From Candidatus Latescibacterota bacterium (GTDB lineage Bacteria; Latescibacterota; UBA2968), in the NCBI GenBank assembly GCA_965198115.1, contig OZ240241.1, positions 1,600,001 through 1,664,000 of the forward strand: a stretch of 64,000 bases of DNA, given 5' to 3'. The translations under genes and the position numbers were made by a program. The notes below the pieces were generated by a model. That model was given only the letters and a program-made list of their open reading frames with translations. It did not search any database and was not told the origin of the DNA. Shown here piece by piece: positions 20,416-29,767 of this stretch (its first letter is position 1; each line of letters starts with the position of its first letter).

Positions 20416-21874
20416 ACATGGGTCCCACGCGATCCGGTCCCAAATCCAGCGCCCGTATCGACGCGTCGAAGCTCTGGTGCAAGAGATCCGCTTTGACCTC
20501 CTGGTGGTCGGGATCATCCCAAAGATTGTCGAATTCGTCGGGGTCCTTTTCCAGATCGTAGAGCTCTCCGAGCCCGTGGCCGTGATAGACGCAGAGCTTG
20601 TACTTCCGATTCCGATACATGGTCGCACGGCTCTCGCCTGGCTGATCGATCGCGTCGAAATACTCGCAGCGCACGGCGTTGCGATGGTGTGAGGGGTCCT
20701 GCTCGCCCAGCAGAATCGGGAGCAGCGACCGCCCCTCCACATACGCTGGAACCGTCTCCCCTGCAAACTCGAGGATCGTCGGCATCACATCCATGATCTC
20801 CACAAGCGCCTCGCTCACGACCCCTTTTTTGATACGTCCTGGACAGAAGAAAACGAGGGGAACGCGAACGAGCCCATCGTAGAATCGACACCCTTTCTGA
20901 ATCAGCCCGTGGTCCCCCAACGTTTCGCCGTGATCGCTCATGAAAATGACGATCGTATTCTCGAGCTGGCCGGTCTCCTCGAGCGCGAAAAGCATCCGTC
21001 CGACCTGATCGTCGATCAGCTTGATCATGGCGTAGTAGGCCGCCTGCAGGGTTTTGTCGTCGCGCCCTCCGGGTCCCTGCGCATCGACGAGCCCGGGCGT
21101 CATCGATCGCGGGACGATCGGGCTGTTGATGTCGAGTTGGGAAGGATCCTGTCCTTTAGATTGAAAATCGACGTGTTCCAGTTTCTTCTGCTGCTCGAGG
21201 TCGGACGACCTGAAAAGCGCGCCCGGCATATCCTTCGGATCGAACTGATCCCGATACGTCTTGGGCGGATTGAACGGAGGGTGTGGATCGTAGATGTTCA
21301 CGCTCGCCAGCCACGGAGCGCCGTCACGGTTCCCCTTGATAAATTCGATCGTTTTTTCCGCACACCACGTCGTCTGGTGGTATTCGGCCGGCACTCCATC
21401 GACGCTCTTGGTGAGCTCGCCCAGTATCTCTCCCTGTTGGCGTACCCAGTCAGCGTAGTCGTGCCCAGTCTCCCAGTCATCCCGCGGTGCGTGGCTGTAT
21501 TGCCAGTAGCGATATCCGTCGTCCGCACGCGGCTCGATGCGGCCATAAGCGCCCGCCAGATGCAGTTTCCCGATCAACCCGCAGTCGTAGCCCGTGTCCG
21601 CCAGCATCCGTGTGACCAGTGGCGGCGCGTCGTTAGGGAATACATCGTTCCCGTTCCGGTTCATGCGGATCGTGCTGGCGTAAAGACCCGTTAGAAAGCT
21701 CGCCCTGCTCGGTGTACAGATCGGGCTCTGGCAGTACGCATAGTCAAAGGCCACCCCGTCCCGGACCAGCCGATCGATATTCGGCGTCGACACATACCGA
21801 TTCCCGAGTGCGGCGATCGAATCGTATCGCTGTTGGTCCGTACAGATCCACAGGATGTTCGGCCGCTCTCTCAT
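20414..21874 (-). CDS. Sulfatase (Cys-type)
   Basis: PNILWICTDQ, CTPSRAS, GKLH, SDHGE. ATGA overlap with the nitrilase gene. Confidence 0.9.
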   Translation of the reverse strand: MRERPNILWICTDQQRYDSIAALGNRYVSTPNIDRLVRDGVAFDYAYCQSPICTPSRASFLTGLYASTIRMNRNGNDVFPNDAPPLVTRMLADTGYDCGLIGKLHLAGAYGRIEPRADDGYRYWQYSHAPRDDWETGHDYADWVRQQGEILGELTKSVDGVPAEYHQTTWCAEKTIEFIKGNRDGAPWLASVNIYDPHPPFNPPKTYRDQFDPKDMPGALFRSSDLEQQKKLEHVDFQSKGQDPSQLDINSPIVPRSMTPGLVDAQGPGGRDDKTLQAAYYAMIKLIDDQVGRMLFALEETGQLENTIVIFMSDHGETLGDHGLIQKGCRFYDGLVRVPLVFFCPGRIKKGVVSEALVEIMDVMPTILEFAGETVPAYVEGRSLLPILLGEQDPSHHRNAVRCEYFDAIDQPGESRATMYRNRKYKLCVYHGHGLGELYDLEKDPDEFDNLWDDPDHQEVKADLLHQSFDASIRALDLGPDRVGPM

Positions 21875-22752
21875 GCAGTCACCTTCACTCGGCGGGCTCG
21901 GCCATTCGTAGCCGGCGGCCGCTCCACCACGTCGAGCCCGGCCCGGAACCAGTCGCGGAGAGCCGTCCGATCGTTGGCGGAACGTCGCGCCACGTGCCCA
22001 CTCGCTGCCGTCAGGTCCAACTTGCAAACGACATCTTCCTCAGAGAAGAACCCCGCTTCGGCCAGCACGTTTCCATCGGGGTGGATCACCTTGGACTCGC
22101 CGTGAGAGGACGACGCCGATTGAAGATCGTCCGCGTGAGCAGGCGCATTGGCCATCACCAGGTAGATCCCGTTCTCCGTGGCTCGGCTGATCGGCATCGC
22201 ACGATAGGCCGAAAGCTTGTATTCGGCCTCGATCGTAGACTCGCAGCTGCAGAAAAAACAAACCTTCGCACCAGCGGCGGCAGGAAGACGGACCAGCTCC
22301 GGATACCTCACATCGTGACAGATGATGAAGCAGCACGGGACGCCGCACAGCCTGTAAATGGGCAGGTGCTGTGAGGGTTCACACCATTTCTCCCCCGCCA
22401 GGTGGATCTTGCCGTATCGCCCCTGAACGGCGCCGTCCCGATCGATCACCAACAGACTGTTCATGCGATCGGCCCCCTCCATATGGGCGGTGCCCAAAAT
22501 GGCGGCGATCCCATACCGCCGGCACGCCCGGATCACACGAGCCTCGGCCGCTGGCAATCTCTTCGGATCCAACCGGTTCCAGAACGAGGGTTTGCTCGTA
22601 TAACCGTAGAGGAACCCCTCCTGGAAGGCAGCCACCTCGACACCTTTCGAAGCCAGCTCCTTCAGCTTGGCAACCGCTCTACCCGCATTCGCTTCGATGT
22701 CCTGACCGACTTGCATCTGAACAGCCGCAACCGTCAACGTTTTCCTGGCCAT
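21871..22752 (-). CDS. Carbon-nitrogen hydrolase (nitrilase superfamily)
   Basis: Catalytic triad E (FQEG), K (YGKIHL), C (ICHDVRYPE). Confidence 0.9.
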   Translation of the reverse strand: MARKTLTVAAVQMQVGQDIEANAGRAVAKLKELASKGVEVAAFQEGFLYGYTSKPSFWNRLDPKRLPAAEARVIRACRRYGIAAILGTAHMEGADRMNSLLVIDRDGAVQGRYGKIHLAGEKWCEPSQHLPIYRLCGVPCCFIICHDVRYPELVRLPAAAGAKVCFFCSCESTIEAEYKLSAYRAMPISRATENGIYLVMANAPAHADDLQSASSSHGESKVIHPDGNVLAEAGFFSEEDVVCKLDLTAASGHVARRSANDRTALRDWFRAGLDVVERPPATNGRARRVKVTA

Positions 22753-22844
22753 TTGGTCTCCCCCTCTCGATGCCCGACAGAGAATTTTGTCTCAGGCATG
22801 TCTGCAGTTCGCTACCCAGTCCTCTGTGCTCCAGAGCATTCTCT

Positions 22845-22879
22845 GGTCAATCATCACTTGTCACCTGTCAATGGTCACT
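22845..22879. repeat. Heptamer tandem repeat (nnTCAny x5)
   Basis: ggtcaat catcact tgtcacc tgtcaat ggtcact, spanning the esterase stop codon. Confidence 0.55.
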
Positions 22880-23380
22880 GCCCAGCGTGTCTCTCAACCA
22901 TTTCAGCTTCCGCTGCTGGTGCAGGGTATGTCCGCCCTCGTGCTTGTTGTAGCGATAAATCTCGATCGACTTCTCGACCGAAGCAGGGAGTCGGTTGTAG
23001 GAAGCAAACACGGTCGATGGCGGACAAATATCATCCCACAAGCCGACGGAATAGTAGGCGTGCGTCACCTTGACCATCTCGACGAGATTCATGTTGTCGA
23101 AGTAGGACAACGTCTCGAACGCGCCGTCGATCTGCTCCGGATGCTTTTTCATAAAGTCCGTAATTTCCTCATACGGACCTACGGCGATGTCGATCGCACG
23201 CTCAAAATGTGACAGCCAGGGCACATCGGGCGCCATTGCACGAACGTGATCCGACAGCGCCGCGCACGCGATCGTCAGCGCGCCACCCTGGCTCCCACCG
23301 ATCGTCGCGATCCGTTCACCATCGACTTCCTCCCTTACCATGATCGCTTCGACCGCCCTGACCGTGTCGAGATAAAAATT

Positions 23381-24800
23381 GGCTCTATCCGGGTTTCTCA
23401 ACGGTGAAACTATAGAATGACAAGGTCATAGATCGTTCCCTACGCTTGGTTGTGTGTGTAGGACAATCAAAGCGAAGGGGGTGCGACCTATGACCGGGAG
23501 CAGATTACTATCGAAACTGCTGAGATTCAAGGGGTTCCGTGTTGTCAGCTGGTGGTTTGAGGGGAGAAGCTGCTTCGTCATCGCCGTAAAGCCACATAAG
23601 AATGGTTGTTGTTGTCCGGAGTGCGGCCGTCGAGGTAAAATCGTCCGCACAATGCCCCATCCGCGTCGGTGGCGTGACATTCCGGTGTGCGGGTGGAGGG
23701 TCTGGCTTCTCTACCATCCTCGGGAGATTCGGTGTCCTACCCACGGTCGTGTGGTCGAGGAGATTCCGTGGGCGGAGCGGTTCTCTCGGGTGACGTATCG
23801 CTTCGAGTATGCCATGCTGCGCTACTGCCAGACCATGACGCAGAAGGCGGCGTCCGAGTTACTGCGCATCTCTGCCTCGACGCTGTCGGATCTCCTTCAC
23901 CGATCCATCACGCGGCTTCGTGAAGGTCATCGTATCCGAGGGCTCAAAACCATCGGGATCGACGAGATCTCCTACGCCAAGCGTCACAGGTACGCCACGC
24001 TCGTTTACGATCTGGACCGCTCCTGCGTGGTGTGGGTTGGCCGCGGCAGGGCGCGTAAAACGATCGATCGGTTCTTCACAGAGGCTCTCAGTCCCTACCG
24101 GAGATCCAAGATCGAGTGGGCCTGCTGCGACATGAGCGAAGCTTACATCGGAGCCATCCAGGAACACTGTCCGAATGCCAAGCTGGTCCTCGATCGCTTT
24201 CACATCGTCAAGGCTCTCAATGCCGCCGTTGACGAGGTCCGTAAGGACCAGTGGCGTAAAGCTGCCCCGGATGAGCGCAAAGCCATGAAGGGCCTCCGAT
24301 GGCTCCTCTACCGGCACTCAGCGACACGCTCCAGAGGGGATACTCGGACACTCAAAGCACTGGAGAAGGCGAACTACCGAATCTATAGAGCCTGGAGACT
24401 CAAGGACGAGTTCGAGCAGTTCTGGGAATACAAAGCGCCCTGGGCTGCCGAACGCTTCCTGAAATGCTGGACGACGTCCGCACTCAGAAGTCGACTTGAA
24501 CCCCTGCGAAAGTTCGTCAGGACCCTGCGACAGCACTTCTTCGGCGTCCTCGCATTCGTGAACACGCGTCTTACCAACGCCATCGCCGAAGGCCTCAACC
24601 GAATCGTCCAAATCGTCAAGAACCGAGCCAGCGGATTCCGCACACTCGACGCATTCAACGATATGATCTTCCTTACCGTCGGAGACATAAACATCCCTGA
24701 GCAGATTCCGAAGAGGTTCCGCACACGCTAACCGCGCCCCCATGCCAGGAACCACGGCACCTTCACCCACTTCATCTCGTTGAGAGATCCGGATATAGCC
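23381..24800 (+). mobile_element. ISL3-family insertion sequence, copy 1 (1420 bp)
   Basis: Imperfect TIRs ggctctatccgggtttctcaacg / ggctatatccggatctctcaacg; 8-bp TSD TAAAAATT (23373-80, 24801-08). Confidence 0.95.
23454..24731 (+). CDS. ISL3 transposase
   Basis: Zinc finger CPECG...CPTHG; DDE motifs GIDE, CDM, DRFHIV, AEGLN. Confidence 0.95.
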   Translation: MCRTIKAKGVRPMTGSRLLSKLLRFKGFRVVSWWFEGRSCFVIAVKPHKNGCCCPECGRRGKIVRTMPHPRRWRDIPVCGWRVWLLYHPREIRCPTHGRVVEEIPWAERFSRVTYRFEYAMLRYCQTMTQKAASELLRISASTLSDLLHRSITRLREGHRIRGLKTIGIDEISYAKRHRYATLVYDLDRSCVVWVGRGRARKTIDRFFTEALSPYRRSKIEWACCDMSEAYIGAIQEHCPNAKLVLDRFHIVKALNAAVDEVRKDQWRKAAPDERKAMKGLRWLLYRHSATRSRGDTRTLKALEKANYRIYRAWRLKDEFEQFWEYKAPWAAERFLKCWTTSALRSRLEPLRKFVRTLRQHFFGVLAFVNTRLTNAIAEGLNRIVQIVKNRASGFRTLDAFNDMIFLTVGDINIPEQIPKRFRTR

Positions 24801-25431
24801 TAAAAATTTCGGTAATAGTACTCTTCCTTACTCATAATCCCGTGCGTGATGAAGCCGCGCATGCCGCCGTGTGTCGACGTCAGGGCCTGTCCTGTCTGAC
24901 CTCCCTGACCTCGTGAATCCATGATGAAGGCGCAGAACCCGTTCAGCACGTGATGCGCGAGGGCGTGCGGGTAGTCGCGTCCCCCCGAATATCCGATGAA
25001 CTGGACCACAGTCGGAAGAGGTCCGCTCAGGTGACCGGGCGTCACGAACCACCCTTTCACCCGAACGCCATCGACACCGTCGAACCCGACATCGTAGACA
25101 TTGGCCTCGGGCAGAACGTCTCCGACCTTTTCGAAAGACGGGTTGAGAGGGACTTCACGGCTTTCCGCGATCGAACCACACCAGAAGGCCTCGAAGTCGT
25201 CCCGGGCCGTCGACGCGGGTTTATAGTCGATCAGCTTCTCGAGCGGCCAGTCAACCGATCCCATTCCGGTTCCTTTCTTTGCTACAGAATGTTTCGTCTG
25301 TCGGTAGAAAGCGTGACGATCGATTCCTCACGGGAATGCGGTACGCGGACTCACGATTGCGCGCCGACTGGTTGCGGTCCTCGAAGATTGTTCTCCACGA
25401 CAGCGACGCGTTTTCGCGCCGGTTCGAAGTA

Positions 25432-25508
25432 CCCAGGGCTGGGCCCGCCTTCGCATAGCTACGGCGGGCTGACGCCCTGGGCTAAGATCTGCCGCCCTTT
25501 CAGGGCGG
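25432..25508. repeat. Nested REP-like structure (30-nt hairpin inside the loop of another hairpin) plus second hairpin
   Basis: cccagggctg[ggcccgccttcgcatagctacggcgggctg]acgccctggg...ccgccct-ttc-agggcgg. Confidence 0.55.
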
Positions 25509-25560
25509 AAACCCTCATCCCCGGTGGCCACCGCGCAACTCGCAGGACATGATCGACGTT

Positions 25561-25595
25561 TTCGATCTTCAATTCTCGATACTCAATTCTCGATT
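25561..25595. repeat. Heptamer tandem repeat (YTCRATH x5)
   Basis: ttcgatc ttcaatt ctcgata ctcaatt ctcgatt, spanning a stop codon. Confidence 0.6.
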
Positions 25596-25836
25596 TCCGG
25601 TCCGACCCTGGCCGAAGCGGCGCCTGCTATGGACCAGGTTTCTCGATCCTGCACGTAAGCGACGATGGTCAGGTGTTCCGTGTCCGCGTCGGGGGGCAGA
25701 TCCAGACGTAGACGCCCGCGCGCAGGCGTCTCCCTCAACCCCACCGTCTTGAAGGCTCGAACGACTTTCGAGTGGGAGAGCGACCGTCCCGCATTCTCTC
25801 CAGATCTTACTTCGGTCTGAATTTCGTCTTCGACTA
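25583..25836 (-). pseudogene. 3' remnant of a DUF1223-like (thioredoxin-fold) gene truncated at an IS630 CTAG site
   Basis: Manual translation LVEDEIQTEVRSGENAGRSLSHSKVVR...IVAYVQD...EIEN*; GENAGR-x-L-x-H-x2-VVR motif. Confidence 0.7.
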
Positions 25837-26032
25837 GTGTCGTGTCCCGCGAATAAGTTTTAGAAGTCTGTTGAGTTTGTCGAGGATCGAGTCAGCGGTT
25901 GCCGTCCACACGAAAGGCTTTGAGTTCTGATTGTATTGGTCTGTGAACTTCTGGATGCAGGTGATCAGATCCTTGACGTTCCGAAAGGTTCCTCGTCGGA
26001 TTGCTCTTTGTGTGATGATGCCGAACCAGATC
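25834..26032 (-). mobile_element. IS630-family 3' remnant
   Basis: Manual translation IWFGIITQRAIRRGTFRNVKDL...YNQNSKPFVWTATADSILDKL...GTRH*, with the stop inside CTAG. Confidence 0.85.
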
Positions 26033-26766
26033 GAGCTATAATCAAAAGGTGTGGAAAAAGAGAAAGGGCGACCCTACCCTTCCCGTGAGATAGTTGATTC
26101 ACACAAAACCGGGTGAGAGGCCCGGTTGGGAAGGAGGATCGCCGTGAAGGAACATACGCATAGAGCCCCATTGAAGTCCATGCCGACGTGGGAGACGGTT
26201 GACGATTGGATCCGTGAAGAGATCCAGGGCCGGTTCCAGTCCATTCTGGAGGAGGAGGCGACCGCGTTCTTGGGCCGGTCGTGGTATGAGCGCCGAGCCG
26301 AGGTCGATAGCTCCACGGGCTACAGGAACGGCTACGGCAAGCCCCGGCGTCTCTCGACGAGCTGCGGAACGATCAAGGTCCGGCGTCCCCGGGTTCGTGG
26401 TCTGGAAGAGCGGTTTGAAAGCCGCATCCTCCCCCTGTTCGCCCGGAGAACCAGGGCCATTGGAGATCTGCTTCCCGACCTTTATCTCCACGGTCTCTCC
26501 CAGGGCGACTTCGAGTTGTCTTTGCGTGCGCTGCTCGGTGATGGCGCGCCGCTTTCGCCGACCTCGATCGCTCGTCTTCGAGGGAAGTGGGAGGTCGACT
26601 TCCAGGACTGGAAAGAAAGGCGTCTGGATAATCGCGAACTGGTCTACGCCTGGGCTGATGGCATCTACGTCAAAGCCGGGCTCGAGCGCGAGAAGGCGTG
26701 TCTGCTGGTCGTGATCGGCGCGATGAGCGACGGCAGCAAGGAGATCCTGGCGATAGAACCCGGCAA
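26033..26766 (+). mobile_element. IS256-family 5' remnant (IRL plus truncated transposase from GTG 26144)
   Basis: End gagctataatcaaaaggtgtggaaa; RNGYGKPR, LYLHGLS, YAWADGIY. Coding stops at KEILAIEPG, where ISAzo13 begins. Confidence 0.85.
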
Positions 26767-26823
26767 GGGTTTGCCACGAAATAAGTGCTGCACTTTTCAA
26801 GGTAATGATCTTACGCTCGGAGT

Positions 26824-28027
26824 GTGGACGTCGAAACTCTCCGAACGAAGTATGAAGCCTTGGCTCCGGTGCTGACGGAACGCACGCGTCGTCTGTGGGC
26901 CGCCACGGAAGCCGAAGCGTTGGGTCACGGTGGGATCGCGATTGTGGCTCTGGCGACAGGAATGTCCAGAGAGCGGATCTTTCGTGGCATTCAGGAGTTG
27001 AGGTCGGACGAACCTTTGGACCCGGCTCGCATCCGGCGTCCAGGCGGCGGTCGTAAGCGGAAGGCCGACACGGACCCGACGCTGTGGCAGGACCTGAATG
27101 ATCTGGTCGAGCCAACGACTGCGGGGTCGCCTGACGACAATCCTCTGAGATGGACATCGAAGAGCACTCGCAAACTGGCCGCCGAGTTGCAAGCGATGGG
27201 GCATTCGGTGAGCCCCAGGATCGTTGCCAATCTCCTGCACGAACACGATTACACGCTGCAGGCGAATCGGAAGACAAGGGAGGGATCTGCACACCCGGAT
27301 CGGGACGCTCAGTTCGTTTACCTCGATGATCGGATTAGCCAGCAGCAGCAGCAGGGCCTTCCCGTTATCTCGGTGGACACCAAGAAGAAAGAGTTGATCG
27401 GCGACTTCAAGAATCCTGGCCGAGAATGGCGACCCAAGGGAGACCCGGAGCGTGTGAAGGTACACGATTTCATAGTGCCTGCTCAGGGCAAGGCGATCCC
27501 TTATGGAGTGTATGATCTGAGCCGTGATGAAGGCTGGGTAAGTGTCGGTATCGATCACGACACGGCCAGCTTCGCCGTGAATGCGATCCGAAGTTGGTGG
27601 AAGAACATGGGACGGCCCGCCTACGGCACTTCGACGCATCTGCTAATCACGGCGGACGCAGGCGGCAGCAACGGCGCCAAGACGCGGCTGTGGAAGTGGG
27701 AGCTGCAGCGCTTTGCGAATCGCACTGGCCTGACGATCACCGTATGCCACTACCCTCCTGGCACTAGTAAGTGGAACAAGATCGAACATCGCCTGTTCTC
27801 CTTCATCGCTATGAACTGGCGAGGCAAGCCCCTGGTCAGCCTGGCTGCAACCGTGAATCTCATTGCCGGAACGACCACTCAAGCCGGTCTCCGAGTACGA
27901 GATCGACAAGCGACCCTACCCTAACGGGGTCAAGGTGACCGATGAACAGATGACCCAAATCGATCTCACTCCGCACGATTTCCACGGCGACTGGAACTAC
28001 ACGATCCGGCCAATGGCTCAACATTGA
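26824..28027 (+). pseudogene. ISAzo13 transposase with frameshift near 27900
   Basis: ISVDTKKKE, TADAGGSNG, PPGTSKWNKIEHRLFS. The C-terminus EIDKRPYPNGVKV...FHGDWNYTI is in a shifted frame. Confidence 0.88.
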
Positions 28028-28045
28028 GATCGACCGTTTATTTAT

Positions 28046-29465
28046 GGCTATATCCGGATCTCTCAACGAGATGAAGTGGGTGAAGGTGCCGTGGTTCCTG
28101 GCATGGGGGCGCGGTTAGCGTGTGCGGAACCTCTTCGGAATCTGCTCAGGGATGTTTATGTCTCCGACGGTAAGGAAGATCATATCGTTGAATGCGTCGA
28201 GTGTGCGGAATCCGCTGGCTCGGTTCTTGACGATTTGGACGATTCGGTTGAGGCCTTCGGCGATGGCGTTGGTAAGACGCGTGTTCACGAATGCGAGGAC
28301 GCCGAAGAAGTGCTGTCGCAGGGTCCTGACGAACTTTCGCAGGGGTTCAAGTCGACTTCTGAGTGCGGACGTCGTCCAGCATTTCAGGAAGCGTTCGGCA
28401 GCCCAGGGCGCTTTGTATTCCCAGAACTGCTCGAACTCGTCCTTGAGTCTCCAGGCTCTATAGATTCGGTAGTTCGCCTTCTCCAGTGCTTTGAGTGTCC
28501 GAGTATCCCCTCTGGAGCGTGTCGCTGAGTGCCGGTAGAGGAGCCATCGGAGGCCCTTCATGGCTTTGCGCTCATCCGGGGCAGCTTTACGCCACTGGTC
28601 CTTACGGACCTCGTCAACGGCGGCATTGAGAGCCTTGACGATGTGAAAGCGATCGAGGACCAGCTTGGCATTCGGACAGTGTTCCTGGATGGCTCCGATG
28701 TAAGCTTCGCTCATGTCGCAGCAGGCCCACTCGATCTTGGATCTCCGGTAGGGACTGAGAGCCTCTGTGAAGAACCGATCGATCGTTTTACGCGCCCTGC
28801 CGCGGCCAACCCACACCACGCAGGAGCGGTCCAGATCGTAAACGAGCGTGGCGTACCTGTGACGCTTGGCGTAGGAGATCTCGTCGATCCCGATGGTTTT
28901 GAGCCCTCGGATACGATGACCTTCACGAAGCCGCGTGATGGATCGGTGAAGGAGATCCGACAGCGTCGAGGCAGAGATGCGCAGTAACTCGGACGCCGCC
29001 TTCTGCGTCATGGTCTGGCAGTAGCGCAGCATGGCATACTCGAAGCGATACGTCACCCGAGAGAACCGCTCCGCCCACGGAATCTCCTCGACCACACGAC
29101 CGTGGGTAGGACACCGAATCTCCCGAGGATGGTAGAGAAGCCAGACCCTCCACCCGCACACCGGAATGTCACGCCACCGACGCGGATGGGGCATTGTGCG
29201 GACGATTTTACCTCGACGGCCGCACTCCGGACAACAACAACCATTCTTATGTGGCTTTACGGCGATGACGAAGCAGCTTCTCCCCTCAAACCACCAGCTG
29301 ACAACACGGAACCCCTTGAATCTCAGCAGTTTCGATAGTAATCTGCTCCCGGTCATAGGTCGCACCCCCTTCGCTTTGATTGTCCTACACACACAACCAA
29401 GCGTAGGGAACGATCTATGACCTTGTCATTCTATAGTTTCACCGTTGAGAAACCCGGATAGAGCC
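28046..29465 (-). mobile_element. ISL3 copy 2 (1420 bp)
   Basis: Same TIRs; 8-bp TSD TTATTTAT (28038-45, 29466-73). Confidence 0.95.
28115..29392 (-). CDS. ISL3 transposase
   Basis: Protein sequence matches copy 1. Confidence 0.95.
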   Translation of the reverse strand: MCRTIKAKGVRPMTGSRLLSKLLRFKGFRVVSWWFEGRSCFVIAVKPHKNGCCCPECGRRGKIVRTMPHPRRWRDIPVCGWRVWLLYHPREIRCPTHGRVVEEIPWAERFSRVTYRFEYAMLRYCQTMTQKAASELLRISASTLSDLLHRSITRLREGHRIRGLKTIGIDEISYAKRHRYATLVYDLDRSCVVWVGRGRARKTIDRFFTEALSPYRRSKIEWACCDMSEAYIGAIQEHCPNAKLVLDRFHIVKALNAAVDEVRKDQWRKAAPDERKAMKGLRWLLYRHSATRSRGDTRTLKALEKANYRIYRAWRLKDEFEQFWEYKAPWAAERFLKCWTTSALRSRLEPLRKFVRTLRQHFFGVLAFVNTRLTNAIAEGLNRIVQIVKNRASGFRTLDAFNDMIFLTVGDINIPEQIPKRFRTR

Positions 29466-29482
29466 TTATTTATTCCGAACCC

Positions 29483-29767
29483 TAAGGGACCATAGATGCC
29501 TCCCTCGACGCTGTAGTCGGGGTCGAGAATCAGGCCAAACTGTCCAGGTGCGAGTGCGGCCGACCCGAGCGGGACGATCTCTTCGGTCGTGCGGCCCTCC
29601 CCCACGCTCCATCCCGTCAGCTCGACTGCGGCAGACCCTACGTTCTGGACTTCGATGTATTCATCCGCGATTTCACTCCCAGCAGGATCGAACATGATCT
29701 CTGTCAGTTTCACCGAACCCGAGGCCGACACAGAAGAGCCCAGGATGAACAGGAACAAACAGAGCAT
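29483..29767 (-). pseudogene. 5' remnant of a secreted lamin-tail-domain protein, truncated at the ISAzo13 end
   Basis: Signal peptide then LTEIMFDP...EYIEVQN...ELTGWS LTD motif. TGATG coupling to the upstream gene. Confidence 0.75.

Larger units (their letters stand above)
22868..25264 (-). pseudogene. Acetylxylan esterase / cephalosporin-C deacetylase (CE7) interrupted by ISL3
   Basis: 5' half 24801-25264 (DSRGQG...YYYRNF) and 3' half 22868-23380 (YLDTVRAV, GGSQGG, DDICPP, HEGG) rejoin in frame after removing the IS and one TAAAAATT copy. Confidence 0.9.
26767..29482 (+). mobile_element. ISAzo13-family element whose right end is interrupted by ISL3 copy 2
   Basis: Left end gggtttgccacgaaataa; right end ttatttattccgaaccc resumes after the ISL3. 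Confidence 0.8.

Noticed and set aside
26126-26875. Intact 249-aa IS256 transposase
   Set aside because: The tail after EPG is read-through into the ISAzo13 left end; the later catalytic residues are missing.
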